64,000 nucleotides of DNA from NCBI GenBank assembly GCA_002269645.1, contig NIVC01000365.1, forward strand, positions 124,001 to 188,000, in the 5' to 3' direction. This stretch comes from Macrostomum lignano. Its lineage: Eukaryota. Below are positions 12,086 to 24,990 of this stretch, piece after piece (position 1 is the first letter of the stretch; each line of letters opens with the position of its first letter). The notes beneath the pieces were generated by a model that worked only from the letters and a program-made list of their open reading frames with translations, was not told where the DNA came from and did not search any database. The position numbers and the translations under genes are program-made.

Positions 12086-13400
12086 TGGATTGCTAATCTA
12101 GCCAGTCTTGGATGCAGGAATAGAGTGGATTGCTAATCTAGCCTATCATGGATGCAGGAATAGAGTGGATTGCTAATCTAGCCAGTCTTGGGTGCAGGAA
12201 TAGAATGGATTGCTAATCTAGCCTATCATGGATGCAGGAATAGAATGGATTGCTAATCTAGCCTATCATGGATGCAGGAATAGAATGGATTGCTAATCTA
12301 GCCTATCATGGATGCAGGAATAGAATGGATTGCTAATCTATCATGGGTGCAGGAATAGAATGGATTGCTAATCTAGCCTATCATGGGTGCAGGAATACAC
12401 TGAATTGCTAATCTAGCCTACCATGGATGCAGGAATAGAATGGATTGCTAATCTAGCCTATCATGGATGCAGGAATAGAATGGATTGCTAATCTAGCCTA
12501 TCACGGGTGCAGGAATAGAATGGATTGCTAATCTAGCCTATCATGTGTGCAGGAATAGAATGAATTGCTAATCTAGCCTATCATGGGTGCAGGAATAGAA
12601 TGGATTGCTAATCTAGCCAGTCTTGGATGCAGGAATAGAATGGATTGCTAATCTAGCCAGTCTTGGATGCAGGAATAGAGTGGATTGCTAATCTAGCCTA
12701 TAAAAGATGCAGGAATAGAATGGATTGCTAATCTAGCCTATCACGGATGCAGGAATAGAATGGATTGCTAATCTAGCCTATCATGGATGCAGGAATAGAA
12801 TGGATTGCTAATCTAGCCTATCATGGATGCAGGAATAGAATGGATTGCTAATCTAGCCTATCATGGATGCAGGAATAGAATGGATTGCTAATCTAGCCTA
12901 TCATGGATGCAGGAATAGAATGGATTGCTAATCTAGCCTATCATGGGTGCAGGAATACACTGGATTGCTAATCTAGCCTATCATGGGTGCAGGAATACAC
13001 TGGATTGCTGATCTAGCCTATCATGGATGCAGGAATAGAATGGATTGCTAATCTAGCCTATCATGGGTGCAGGAACAGAATGGATTGCTAATCTAGCCTA
13101 TCATAGGTGCAGGAACAGAATGGATTGCTAATCTAGCCTATCATAGGTGCAGGAATAGAATGGATTGCTAATCTAGCCTATCATGGATGCAGGAATAGAA
13201 TGGATTGCTAATCTAGCCTATCATGGGTGCAGGAATACACTGGATTGCTAATCTAGCCTATCATGGATGCAGGAATAGAATGGATTGCTAATCTAGCCTA
13301 TCATGGATGCAGGAATAGAATGGATTGCTAATCTAGCCTATCATGGATGCAGGAATAGAATGGATTGCAAATCTAGCCTATCATGGGTGCAGGAATAGAA
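12086..13400. repeat. 40-bp minisatellite (TGGATTGCTAATCTAGCCTATCATGGATGCAGGAATAGAA)n fused to a SINE
   Basis: About 33 copies; the last unit runs directly into the SINE B box (GGGAGTTCGATTC). Confidence 0.95.
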
Positions 13401-13623
13401 GGGAGTTCGATTCACCACCCACTCGTAACAATGTGTCCTTGTGCAAGACACTTAACTCTGCATTGCTACAGTTCAACCAGCTGTAAAATGGGTGCCAGCA
13501 TTAGCTGGGGTAATTCAGGGTGTGTGGCGACCCTCCCCAGTCCTTGAACTGAACAGCCGTACGCAGCTGTCGGTTGCACATCTGGCCATTAGGGCAGGTG
13601 TAATCAATTATTGTTATTATTAA
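13401..13623 (+). mobile_element. tRNA-derived CORE-type SINE, 5' head replaced by the 40-bp array
   Basis: B box GTTCGATTC. The segment TGTGTCCTTGTGCAAGACACTTAAC...CTGTAAAATGGG matches the MIR/CORE domain pattern. (TTA)-rich tail. Inverted homologue at 34497-34830. Confidence 0.8.
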
Positions 13624-14156
13624 TCTAGCTAATAGGGATACAAGATTGAGGAACGAACAAAGGGGACAGCCAGTCTAACCGTCTAGGGGAAGAACTCTGG
13701 CTGGCTCCGGGGAATTGAAGTGCCATGTTGTTTCTCTCCGAACATTTCTCTCTTGCGAAGTTCAGGACTGCTCTGACTGAGTGAGAAGCGCGCCAGCCAG
13801 CCTCGCAGTGAATGGCTTCAGCCAGCTCATCATCGCTGCTAGCATAGCTATGCACTCAGATTCCGCGCAATAGCCAAACCAACGCAGCATCAATCCTTCA
13901 TCAACTCTCACCTAGCCAGACGCGCTCAAGCCCCTGAGTCAACAAGGCCGAATGCCAAAGTTTGCAGGACCGTGGGAAATCCATCCCCAGCTCGCCCTCA
14001 GCCGCCCGCCGACTTGGTAGATTGGGAAGACGGCAAGGATGCCAGAGTGAAGTGGGTGTAATTTCACGCCTCGGGACTCCAGTGCGAACTCCGTGTTGAC
14101 ATTGCAAGGTGTTGCTGGCACGGCGCCCCCCGAAATAACATATGTAGGATCCAGAT

Positions 14157-14748
14157 TGGCTCCGGTGTCTAACAGATGGTCCCGGTGTCTAACAGATGGT
14201 CCCTGTGTCTAACAGATTGGTCCCGGTGTCCAAAGATTGGTCCTAGTGTCTAACAGATTAGGGCTCCGGTGTCTAACAGATTGGCTCCGATGTCTAACAG
14301 ATTGGGGCTCCGGTGTCTAACAGATTGGGGCTCCGGTGTCTAACAGATGGTCCCGGTGTCTAACAGATTGGGGCTCCGGTGTCTAACAGATGGTCCCGGT
14401 GTCTAACAGATTGGTCCCGGTGTCTAACAGATTGGTCCCGGTGTCCAAAGATTGGTCCTGGTGTCTAACAGATTGGGGCTCCGGTGTCTAACAGATTGGG
14501 GCTCCGGTGTCTAACAGATTGGGGCTCCGGTGTCTAACAGATTGGTCCTGGTGTCTAACAGATTGGGGCTCCGGTGTCTAACAGATTGGCTCCGGTGTCT
14601 AACAGATTGGGGCTCCGGTGTCTAACAGATTGGTCCCGGTGTCTAACAGATTGGTCCTGGTGTCTAACAGATTGGTCCCGGTGTCTAACAGATTGGCCCC
14701 GGTGTCTAACAGATTGGCCCCGGTGTCTAACAGATTGGCCCCGGTGTT
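14157..14748. repeat. 20-22-bp minisatellite (CCGGTGTCTAACAGATTGG..)n
   Basis: Tandem unit seen directly. Confidence 0.95.
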
Positions 14749-15921
14749 TAAAAGGTTGGTTCCATACACGAGCGTATTATCCAACAGAATTGACCTGCCA
14801 TTCTATTCAAATTCAAACCAGCTTACTACTAGTAGGCAGGCCAGAATTTATATTTTTTGTGTAAGGAAACTACATCCTTGACCCTAGGTCGTGTCCATTA
14901 TGCATTCCGTTAACAGGTTGAAAATTTAGAGATTGAAGAGCAACTTCGCGGCAATTTAAGCTGCAACTGAGAGCATCCACAGCAGGTTCCAATTTGCAAA
15001 CACTTGGCAATAGATCGGAATAAGGACCAGGATTTTATATTATTATGATTCTATAGATTTCATAAAAATACGTCGACAAGCGCAAGGAGTATAAGAATAT
15101 ATTTTACAGGAAGGCGAAAAGTACAAAACGATGCCCAAATTGTCCGGCCCTCGACAGCTTGGCAGGCAAAAAACTCGGCGATAAAAAGTATTGATACCGA
15201 TTAATGTACGCAGATAGGAGCGCGAGGCAGTTAAAACTCAAGAACCAACGCCATCTGTACAGGTGGACCAGGTTGGCTGTAAACAAAGTAATTTCTCTCT
15301 AATTTATCCTCATCCTTCAGTCGTGGCACCCCGATGAAAACTGTACTCAGAGTCGTTGCAGGTAACACAGGTAAAATGGGAAAGAAGTGGCTCTGGAGAC
15401 GACTCTAAAACAACGAGATGTCACGGTACAAGTCGCCAAAAAGAGTCCGAGTTGCTGTGAAATCGCTGAATTGCATCTGAAGCACATCTGTGTCATTTAA
15501 TGAATTAGAATTGCATTTCGCATTCATAACAATTCTATTTATTCTAATTGGCTTAGTAGACTTTTTCAACAGTCGCCACTCCGTTGCATTGAAGTCTTTA
15601 CAAGAATCGCTCTAGAGTCTCTAGAGTCACTATTGAGTTGCTTGCGGTGACTCTTTAGCGATTCTTGTCAACAGTAACGTTTTCACCGGGTCCACTCCGC
15701 CCCTCATCCTCCAGTTGTGGGCCACCAACACCTTTCTGATTGTACAGACAGGTCCAAGAAATAAAACGATTTTGCAGATAAGAAATTGCATGCTTCGAAA
15801 GCAAACACAAACACATTGATCAGGAATAAATCTAGTGAAAGTAAAATTCAGTGTAATAAGTAATCCCTTCAATATCAGTCTTGAATAATAATTAACTATT
15901 AACAAAGCTGAAAAATGAAAT

Positions 15922-17470
15922 TCAAACATTGTGAAAGTAGAGATTAGCGCACACGCACAGCAGGAAAATGGCCACCGAGTTGAAGTAAATTAATCGGCGA
16001 AATCTGGGCTCCAGGTCGCCTTGCCTGTACCAGTACACCTGGGCAATGGGAGAGGGGGGTTCACCATCATATGCCTGCATCTATGGGATGGCTATAATAT
16101 CTAAGGGATCTCTACATTCTCTATGGTATTTCTATAATCTTTATGGGATCTCTATAATCTATTGGATCTCTATAATCTCTATAGGATCTTTATAATCTCT
16201 ATGGGATCTCTATAATCTCTATGGGATCTCTATAATCTCTATGGGATCTTTATAATCTCTATGGGATCTTTAAAATCTCTATAGGATTTTTATAATCTCT
16301 ATAGGATCTCTATAATCTCTATGGGATCTTCATAATCTCTATGGGATCTCTATAATCTCTATGGGATCTCTATAATCTCTATGGGATCTCTATAATCTCT
16401 ATGGGATCTCTATAGTCTCTATAGGATCTTTATAATCTCTATGGGATCTTTATAATCTCTATAGGATCTTTATAATCTCTATGGGATCTCTATAATCTCT
16501 ATAGGATCTTTATAATCTCTATAGGATCTTTATAATCTCTATGGGATCTCTATAGTCTCTATAGGATCTTTATAATCTCTATGGGATCTTTATAATCTCT
16601 ATAGGATCTTTATAATCTCTATGGGATCTCTATAATCTCTATAGGATCTTTATAATCTCTATAGGATCTTTATAATCTCTATGGGATCTCTATAATCTCT
16701 ATAATCTCTATGGGATCTCTATAATCTCTATAATCTCTATGGGATCTCTATAATCTCTATAATCTCTATGGGATCTCTATAATCTCTATAGGATCTCTAT
16801 AATCTTTATGGGATCTTTATAATCTCTATAGGATCTTTATAATCTCTATGGGATCTCTATAACCTCTATGGGATCTTTATAATCTCTATAGGATCTTTAT
16901 AATCTCTATAGGATCTTTATAATCTCTATGGGATCTTTATAATCTCTATGGGATCTCTATAACCTCTATGGGATCTTTATAATCTCTATAGGATCTTTAT
17001 AATCTCTATGGGATCTCTATAATCTCTATGGAATCTCTATAATCTTTAAGGGATCTCGAATCTCAGATGCATCATTTCGATTCTCAAAGGCATCTCAAAA
17101 TCTCAAAAATGTCTAAAAAGTATCAGAAGGATCGCTATACTCTAAACTCACTAAGGTCTCACTAAATGGAATCCTTTAATAACATAAACTACAAAAATGC
17201 CCAACTATACAGCCTGCCAAAATTAGCATTCCCAAATAATACAAAACCCACCAGCAGCAGATGCGAAGAGGCCAGCATGGCTATGCAGCCAGCGAACATG
17301 ATGTTGACTCCGCGTGGTGGCCACTTGGGAAAGACAAATGCGAATACCAGAGTGAGCAGTACAGAGAGGCTGACCACCCCGGCTATGATGTAGTGCAACA
17401 GGCTGTCTGTTGCCCGACTCTCGCCAAACAGCGGCCGCTCAATGGGCTCATAGCGGCCACTGGAACTCAT
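15922..17470 (-). CDS. TMEM243: Transmembrane protein 243 homolog, 2 coding exons, 111 aa
   Basis: Exon 1 17470-17252 (RPLFGESRATD...LVFAFVFPKWPPRGVNIMFAGCI) and exon 2 16038-15922 (VYWYRQGDLEPRFRRLIY...CVCANLYFHNV*), joined by a phase-0 GT..AG intron. Matches the remembered TMEM243 motifs RPLFGE, AFVFP, YWYRQGDLEPKF and CANLYFH. Confidence 0.92.
16120..17056. repeat. 20-bp minisatellite (ATCTCTATAATCTCTATGGG)n filling the TMEM243 intron
   Basis: Tandem unit lying between the two TMEM243 exons. Confidence 0.95.
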
Positions 17471-18429
17471 TTGGCTAGAGTTTTATATTTGTCTGATTCA
17501 GCGATTCCTGTTGGCTATTAATGTAGTTTCAGTTTTTTGTGCTGCAATTGAAACCAAATCAGTTAAATAGGATTTATATTTATATGATTATTGTACCTGA
17601 AATTTATTGCAATACAGATTACTACATTAACAGTAGTACTACCAAGAAAGGGGGAATCCCCCCTTGACAATTCTTTGCTACACAGGAATGGAGCAACACA
17701 GGCACACAAAATTCAAGAACACAGGCTAAACTTTCTATTGTGCACCTTCTTAAACAAGAATCAAGTTGCCAGCCCTCTGGAATATTGAGATATTTGATGA
17801 TTATGCTAGAAAGTTGAAAATTTTCCATAAGCTCTAGTGTATTTAGTATGCCCCTGTGCACCAATCAGCACTGCACCTCAGTGCAGCCTTGCCAAGTCTC
17901 TGAATTTCATCAGCAGGTCAACCACATGTGTCTGCATCAGCTTTGACTTTGCTGGTCACTAGAAGCCTTCACACAGACGGAGCTTCTGGACCTTCAACAG
18001 GTGGTACCAGGTGACTATAGACATATTGTTACAAATTTCTCAAGCTTTGCTAATTAAGCCTTGACGGTAGGCAAGCCTCAACAGTTTGGACATCCTTAGC
18101 TAGTCTCTCAAGCATTCTATCATTACCTGGATACCATTGGTACCTTTAAGAGATTATACCAAGTGACTAAAAACACCCAGATTTGAATTCCTCTAGTTTT
18201 GCTAAGCAACCCTCAACAGTGGGCAAGCCTTAACTTTAACTTTTGAAGCCACTAGAGACCCTCTAAATGGTAAAAAAACAAATAAAATTGTATATTATTT
18301 ATAAAATATAGCTTATATTTAAGATCATAATACAAAAAATTAGCACACATTAAGAATAAATAGCATATAGTTAGCATATAAAATAGGCTATATTTAAGGA
18401 CTTTTGCTGCACTTTTTGGTTTGGCATAT

Positions 18430-18717
18430 TGTAACATATCTGCATATCCAATTTAAAAGTAAAGAATTTTGTATTTACTTTGTCTTTTGTATTTGTATGA
18501 TAGTATTTCTTTAGTATTTCTCTTTTATTGTACTTTCCACTGTATGTATTTATGTAATGTTGCATAATTGTTTTATAATTTAGTTTTGTTTTAATGAACA
18601 ATATGAAAAAATATATAATAAATTGTCAATGGTTCACTCATAAGAGGTCCCCGCTCTGATTTGGCACTTTTGGCTAAGAATTTAAAACAGGCTCCTCAGT
18701 ATTCATTTTGTTACAAT
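18430..18717 (+). repeat. AT-rich dispersed segment, uninterrupted copy (empty site for the inserts in 21498-22464)
   Basis: Collinear with 21498-21621, 21794-21852 and 22360-22464. Confidence 0.85.
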
Positions 18718-19379
18718 GGCAACCACACCAGAACTCAAATTCCAGGAAGGACTCCACTGGATCTATTGATTGACTGCAAATGTATTATTACAATTAAGTT
18801 ACAGCCAATCAGCAGCATGCGCCCAGTTAGCTGACATCAGCCTGGCCAATCAAATTGCAGGTGCAGATAATTTTGTTGTTTTACAGTCCAGAAGCTGCAT
18901 CTTCCCATTTCAATGCTGTGTTGAATGATTTTTAATGTAATTGCACTTAATTTGTACCTAATGTAATTCTTAATATGTACTTTATACTATATTTTGGCAA
19001 TTGCCATGATGTACTTTACTTTTCAAATAATTTTTTCAATGTTATATTGTATTTTCTGCTTGTTGTGAAGGTCATCTAATGATAGTGCATCACAAAAGTG
19101 TACAAGTAATTCCTTTCGCTTTAAAGTGTTTTGCTTGATTCATGCTATGCTCTGCGCTAGTTGTGGCAGGGAAAACCCGGGGCTTTGCTAACCCTGTTGG
19201 GTTCTGGTTTTTGTGTTTGTAACTGGCTTCTTTTTTGGTACCAGACCATTATTATTTTAATGTGTTTTGTTTCCTCATTGCAAATGTCTAGTTGGGAATG
19301 CAAGTTCAATATTTATTTCTTCAAATTTAGTATTTACTAGCAATCTACGCCCCCCGTTGGGGAGCCAAAGAAATGCAAT

Positions 19380-20440
19380 ACACGTTTTTTTAATAAGCTA
19401 CATGTATCCTTGAAATCTTAAAAAATCTCCTGTCAAACCTTGTAAGCCTTGACATGTCAGTTATCCCCCCACAAGCTTTAACATATCAACTTCCCCCCTT
19501 GACATCTCAGCAATGCCCCCAATAAGCCTTGGAAATCTAAAAATATCTGTCAACCTTCTAACCCTAACCCTAGCCTAACCCTAACCCTAACCCTAACCCT
19601 AACCTAACCCTAAAGCATTGAAATTTCAGTAATTCTCTCTAAGAGTCATTATAGCACTACTACAGCATTATAGCGATTCCTTGCAAGCCTCAACATCGTA
19701 GGGATTCCCAAATGAATCTCTTAACTTCGACATGAAGCTTCTTTTATTTTTTACATTACGTTTTTTTATCAGCGATCCCTCCCCTGAGGAGGCATCAAAT
19801 AATGTAATAAAAAGTTTTCAATAAACTACATGTAGCTTCTGACTTTAGCTTTGAAATCTCATTTATACCCCCGTGAGCCTTGACATCTCAGCTATTCCCC
19901 CCGTAAGCCTTGACATGTCAGCAATGGCCCCCATAAACCTTGAAATCTAAAAAATCCCCTGTTAACCTTGAAACCCGATAAAATATAACCCTCAACCCAC
20001 ACCTGACCTAAACCTTACTTTAACCCAACCTAAAGCCTTGAAATCTCAGCAATTCTTCTCCCCTAAGCCTTGACATTTTAGTGATTCTTTCTTTAAGAAT
20101 CACAGCACTATAATGATTTCCACCAAGCTTTGACATCGTAGCAATTCCCAAATGAATCTTTTAACTTCGACATGACTTTTCTTTTATGTATACATAGTGC
20201 TACTTTTATTTTTTACATGACTTTTCTTCTATCAGCGCCCCCCCCCCGTGACGAGCCAACAAAGAATGCAATAAAAAATGGAGTAAAGTACATGAACTTT
20301 GAAGTAGCTTCTGACTTTTGCTTTGACATCTCAGAAACCCCCCCCTTCCCCGTAATCTCAGTTATTCTCTGAGAGCCTTTACGTCTCAGTTTTTCTCCCC
20401 AGCACAGCACTATAATTGCATTTAATTTTTACATGACACC
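19380..20440. repeat. Diverged ~440-bp direct duplication with AAGCCTTGACAT modules and a (CCCTAA)n tract at ~19560-19614
   Basis: Shared blocks, e.g. ATGAATCT.TTAACTTCGACATGA at ~19712 and ~20153. Confidence 0.6.
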
Positions 20441-20475
20441 TTCATGTCTGACATGACGTTTCTTTTATTCTACCG

Positions 20476-20778
20476 TGACGCTTCTTAATTTTTTAAATGA
20501 CACTTTCATTAGTTTTAAATGAGGCTTCTATGATTTTTTCTTGACGCTTCTATGATTTTTACATGACGCTTCTATGATTTTTATATGACGCTTCTACGAT
20601 TTTTTACATGACGCTTCTATGATTGTTTACATGACGCTTCTATGATTGTTTACATGACGCTTCTATGATTTTTTAAATGATGCTTCTATGATTTTGTAAA
20701 TGACGCTTCTATGATTTTTTAAATGATGCTTCTATGATTTTGTAAATGACGCTTCTATGATTTTTACATGACGCTTCT
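20476..20778. repeat. ~22-bp minisatellite (TGACGCTTCTATGATTTTTACA)n
   Basis: Tandem unit seen directly. Confidence 0.9.
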
Positions 20779-21621
20779 TTTTAAAAAGTCTTTTAGTTTT
20801 CCTGACGTTGAAAAGCTTTAATTAAAAAAATTATACTCTATGAAAATTCAAACCATCGTCACTGCATTTAGCAGTTCAGGTTGTTCACCTTTAGGCTAGC
20901 TCTCATCGTTTTGATAACATCAACTTTTGCACTTATATAACTCAACACTTTTAAATCCAAGCATAGAGTAAATCACACGAAGCAGTTATGACATAATCAG
21001 TTTCTCAGTCAGTCAGTATCAGTTAACAATATGGTTACGCAATTTAAATCAAGTCTGGTGCTACGCTTCCACACTGCATTTTCAATTCAAGTCGGAGTTA
21101 CAATTCAGTTATGATGCAATATATTTCAGAGTCAGAATTCAACCAGTCAGTTTTTTCTCTAGCATTCTTACAATGCATTTCAAGTCAAAAAGTTTGCTTG
21201 ACCTTTGCAAAAAAGCATGTTTTTCGAATATTTAATGCCTTTAGCATCGAGCAATTTCTTAGCCACGATGCATGTACCGTCACGGGAAAATTTCTGATCG
21301 AACAGTGCAAGTTCGAACAAAATCGGTCCAGCCATTTTTTCTCTAATCTATCACATATATATAGACATCACATTTTTAGTATATAGGATTGTAGCATAGT
21401 ATTGTATATTTTTAATAGTTATTTTTTTACTTTGTATTTTCTTGAACATATACTTAGATTGACAATGTGGAGATTGTCTTTTCTAAGAGGAGAATAATGT
21501 AACATATCTGCATATCCAATATAAAGTAAAGAATTTTGTATTTACTTTATGTCTTTTGTATTTGTATTATAGTATTTCTATAGTATTTCTCTTTTATTGT
21601 ACTTTCCACTATATGTATTTA

Positions 21622-21793
21622 CATATGTGCGCAACATTGGGAATCACCCGGCCATTTCTATTGGTGACACACACATATAAGTCGCTATTGGCTGAGAGCA
21701 GTCATGTGATTACTATTCTGTCCAATAGCGACATACATGTGTGTGTTGCCAATAGAAACGGCTGAGTGAATCCCAAGGTTGCGCCCAAGCATG
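21622..21793. mobile_element. 172-bp palindromic MITE, 8-bp TSD TGTATTTA (hAT-like)
   Basis: Long imperfect TIRs; TSD at 21614-21621 and 21794-21801. The empty site in the paralogous segment has a single TGTATTTA (18545-18552). Confidence 0.9.
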
Positions 21794-21852
21794 TGTATTT
21801 ATGTAATGTTGTGTAATTGTTTTATAATTTAGTTTTGTTTTAATTAACAATA

Positions 21853-22359
21853 TGTGGCGCTGGTTGGTCCAATGCGGGGGCCGAAAGGCGAGACCCCAGG
21901 AGCTACCAGGGGGCGGCCGGCGGGCTGACTGGGCCGATTGTTGCTGCAGGGTACTGCTGTGGCTGCTGGGCTGCGGTGCTGCTATGCTGCCGTTGCAGTC
22001 GGCCAAGGCGGTTGGCTGCCAGGACCACACAGGGCCGACCAGGTAGGCCCAGCGTTCCGCGCTGGGAGTCGGGCTCACCAATGAGGCAGAAGGCCTTTTA
22101 GTTTCAATAGATGGAATGGCAGCGAAGATTCTGCACTGTGTTGCGCGTGTATTTATATGATTATAACAAACAGTGAGAGATTGAAGGGCCAAGGGAGGTG
22201 CAAAAAGGTGGCGTGGCGTGATTGGCTACGCCAACCCTCCCAGCTTAGCGAGCCGGCTAGCTTGGCGCGCACCCACCCCACCTCAGCTAGACAGAGGCGG
22301 GGGGGGGGTTTCCAGTGCGACTGCACTGGTGTTGCCGGTCGCATAGTCTGGCCGCCACA
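21853..22359. mobile_element. 507-bp solo-LTR-like insertion
   Basis: GC-rich insert in AT-rich DNA, absent from paralog 18430-18717. Ends TGTGGCG...CGCCACA (TG..CA), with an internal TATTTATA. TSD not cleanly resolved. Confidence 0.65.
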
Positions 22360-24242
22360 ATATAATAAATTCTCAATGGTTCACTTGTAAGAGTTTGCTG
22401 CTCTGATTTGGCACTTTCAGCTGAGAATTCAAAAGAGGATCCTTGGCATTCATTTCTTTACAATATATTCAGTATTATTATACTGCATAGTATACATGAT
22501 AGTGATACATGTAGCTTATAAGCCTAGCATGCTAGGTCAAGATATAAAATATATAAAAGGTCAAATAAGAAACAGACAATCTATTGAAAAGACATTTTGT
22601 CAAAAGATGACTTCTTAAATAAAAAAGCATTTCATAGAAGTTGGTATGGATGATTTGTTAAAAAAAATGTTTTGTGACTTTTGTTATATATCATTATTGA
22701 ATGAATGATAAATAAAAAAAATAGTTGAATGATAAATGAAATATAGTTCATATTGAATATAGGCCTATATCTACTAGGTCATTCCACAAGAGGGTCCCAT
22801 CATGTTTCTAAACTTTAAGCACTTGTAACTTTTGAACCATAATAGATAGGCCTAGAACAAACCTGCAAAAAGCAATCTGTGTAAAGTCAAACTTCTAGTT
22901 CTATATTTTTCAAATAGCTGCTTATGAATTCTATAAACAACTGAACACATTGCAGAGCATAATCTATGCTGATGGTCGTTTTTTCATCACCAAACTATTT
23001 ACTACTTGAATTCCAGTTGTTTCGCCCCAAATGAAACGGTCGAAATGATGGGCAAAACGGTCTGGGGGGTGTCCATTGCCGAAATGGTTTATGGGCAAAG
23101 CAAAACGACCGGCTACCTACTAGTACTACTTTAGTGCACAAACAACACAAGTGTAGCTCAGAAACAATCAAAAATTTTAGCCAGCTAATTGCTAAATAAA
23201 CAATGATCACTGTGATAACAATACAGGCAGTGTGGTGTTTGTTTTACTTTATTGCACACATTCCTGTAATTGTAGATTTCAAAGTATTAACAAGCAAATA
23301 GGGTTTATATTAACAAATGCTGATTTTAGAAATAATTGAGAAAGCCAATTCAACTTAACTGAATCGCCCCTTTATCTTATTCTAGTCAGGAAAATTTTGG
23401 CGAGAGCTCGAGAGCACGCTTTATGTGATCTAACTAGAGTCGGTAGTCACTAGTCCGTGTTGTCCATTGCAGGTTCAACAGGATGTAATATGAATTAAAT
23501 ATCAACTTCATTTTGGTGGGTGGTCACAGACTGTTCCTAAGTTTTGAAAAAAATACAAATAACCAATAACCATGAAGTATGGACCAATAGATAGCTCTTG
23601 TAATAGTAGCAATATCTCAACCTGTAATTTTTGGATAACATTGTCATTGGTAGGCCTACCTTGGCAATGGCCGCCTAATCCACCAGTAATCCACATGACC
23701 ACATTGAAAGTTATGCAGTGGCGTCCCATATTAATAATTAAGGTCATGTTTTTGGCATGGCATCTTAGACTCAGTATTTTTTCAGTAATAGACTTCATCT
23801 AGTCTAATTTAAGAATCAAAATGAAATTAGTATTAGTACAATAGTAGGCCTAACCCTAGTATTAGTAAGATTGTCCTTAATGCTTGATTTTCAGTCAAAT
23901 CTAATTTGATTCAACTTTAAAGTAGGCCTAATAATAAATCTGATTCAGTAGACCCTATAGGCTTAGCCATAGGGTATAAATGAGTTTTAACTCATTAAGT
24001 CTGAAGAGTTTTTCAATTCATTGAATAGATTAGTCCTATTGCTTAATAATATAATTATAAACTTATGAAGTTGTTAGGCCTAGGCTTAATCAGTTACATT
24101 TTAAATACAATCTTTCTTTGTCCTATTAATAGGCTGATAATGCTCTAGGAATTTTTCAATTTGCTTTTGCAATAAGCTTTGGGTATTCTTAAGTCAAGGC
24201 CTATAAAGCCTTCAATGAATTCTTTAGCTAGACTTTAACAAG

Positions 24243-24567
24243 AAAATTTGTTTGCAGGGGATCATATATCAAAAATGAAATCAAGGTATTGCATTTGTAG
24301 ATGAAGTAAAGATAGTTCATACACTATCTAATAATTCCATGCTTGACCCCCCCCCTCATTTTTGTTTTACAATCCCCTTATGTTATAGTACGTACAGACA
24401 ACATTGTTTCACACTGTCGGGGATCGTATAACAAAATTGAAGGGGGGTTAAAAAAGAGAAGGGAAGGACGCCAAAAAATCACGACTTACTTTTGTGGAAT
24501 CTCTATTAGGTAGCCTAAACAAGGGTTTAGACAAGACATGGTACATGATCCCCTGCAAACAAATTTT
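24243..24567. repeat. Nested inverted repeats (23-bp perfect outer pair plus an imperfect inner pair), probable DNA-transposon relic
   Basis: AAAATTTGTTTGCAGGGGATCAT at 24243-24265 and its reverse complement at 24545-24567; inner pair ~24347-24378 / ~24418-24448. Confidence 0.6.
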
Positions 24568-24990
24568 AAACTTGGGGCATCATATTACAAAATTGATGAA
24601 AAGCCCAAGTTAGATAAGGGTACCCTTATCTGGAATAGATAAGGGTACCAGGTGCAAGTTACAACATGTTGCACAGTTAGCTAAAGGATACAATTTAGTG
24701 TTGTATGGTATTGAAATGATTTTGAATAAGAAATTCAACTTTTAATTTTTTTCACCTAAGCAGCCTGGGATGTAGATAATAAAAATATACTAAATGGTGG
24801 TTTGGCATCCTTTTAATTTTCATTTAAGGTTTTCCATCAAAAGCTAAGGCTTTATTTGACACTAATTTCTTAAAGTCAAGGTGCTATTTTCAAATTCAAG
24901 GCATGATTATTACAAATGTTGCTAACCAAACTTAGGCAAACCTAGGGATAAAAATTCTAAGAAGGGCAGTGTCCCAAACTTAGGTATAAT

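Noticed and set aside
13690-15460. Possible small exons (minus strand 13.7-14.0 kb; plus strand 15.1-15.4 kb)
   Set aside because: Some splice-like sites, but no convincing phase-consistent model or recognisable protein.
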